Positions 56,642 through 56,801 of a DNA stretch of 56,801 nucleotides are shown in pieces; within the stretch, counting starts at the first letter, position 1, and each line of letters begins with the position of its first letter. The notes under the pieces are model-generated. The model ran no database searches. It saw only the letters and a list, made by a program, of their open reading frames with translations, and was not told the origin of the DNA. The position numbers were made by a program, and so were the translations under genes. This stretch comes from a virus (lineage: Duplodnaviria; Caudoviricetes), in the IMG/VR virus record IMGVR_UViG_3300031963_000179, positions 1-56,801 of that record; one strand, written 5' to 3'.

Positions 56642-56801
56642 ATGTTTAACTTTTTTATTGAGTTTGACGATGGCAATGCTATTATTAAGCATAATTTAAC
56701 ACAAGCGCAAGCCAAAAAGCATTACAAAAATTACAACAAAAATCCAGCAAATAACGCTAAATCTTGGGGCTGGGAAGAAAGCAATCCGTACAAACTCAGC
56801 C
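56642..56801 (+). CDS. hypothetical early protein (partial, runs off the right edge)
   Basis: AAGGAG RBS; MFNFFIEFDDGNAIIKHNLTQAQAKKHY... stays open to the end of the window. Confidence 0.7.
   Translation, partial: MFNFFIEFDDGNAIIKHNLTQAQAKKHYKNYNKNPANNAKSWGWEESNPYKLS

Noticed and set aside
1-56801. CRISPR array, diversity-generating retroelement, intron/intein, or stop-codon recoding
   Set aside because: No spaced identical repeats, reverse transcriptase, TR/VR pair or splicing motifs were noticed by eye, and genes are full length in the standard code. Subtle cases cannot be excluded without computation.

Overview
AT-rich segment of a large T4-like (myovirus, probably jumbo) phage genome read in the standard genetic code. 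From left to right: (1) a minus-strand gp46 (partial), gp47 and gp55 block (SbcCD-like nuclease and late sigma factor). (2) A roughly 30 kb plus-strand baseplate/tail module with gp53-, hub-, gp5-, gp25- and gp6-like genes, a 5279-aa giant and fibre genes, mostly preceded by T4-like late promoters (NNTAAATA). (3) A glycosyltransferase/radical-SAM cluster. (4) A circularly permuted two-piece tmRNA with tag ANAANDEVYALAA. (5) A minus-strand phosphate-stress island: PstS, an OprO/P-type porin, a PlcP-like metallophosphoesterase, a GT2 and small ORFs. (6) A three-gene fibre cassette. (7) A serine-glyoxylate aminotransferase-like auxiliary gene and the start of an early gene. The best candidate for an undescribed system is the phosphate island. 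Two PhoB-type boxes each sit exactly 11 nt upstream of a TAAATA late-promoter core, and the genes behind them suggest phosphate uptake plus phospholipid-to-glycolipid remodelling. All family assignments come from motif recognition only; no searches were run, so novelty is unverified.
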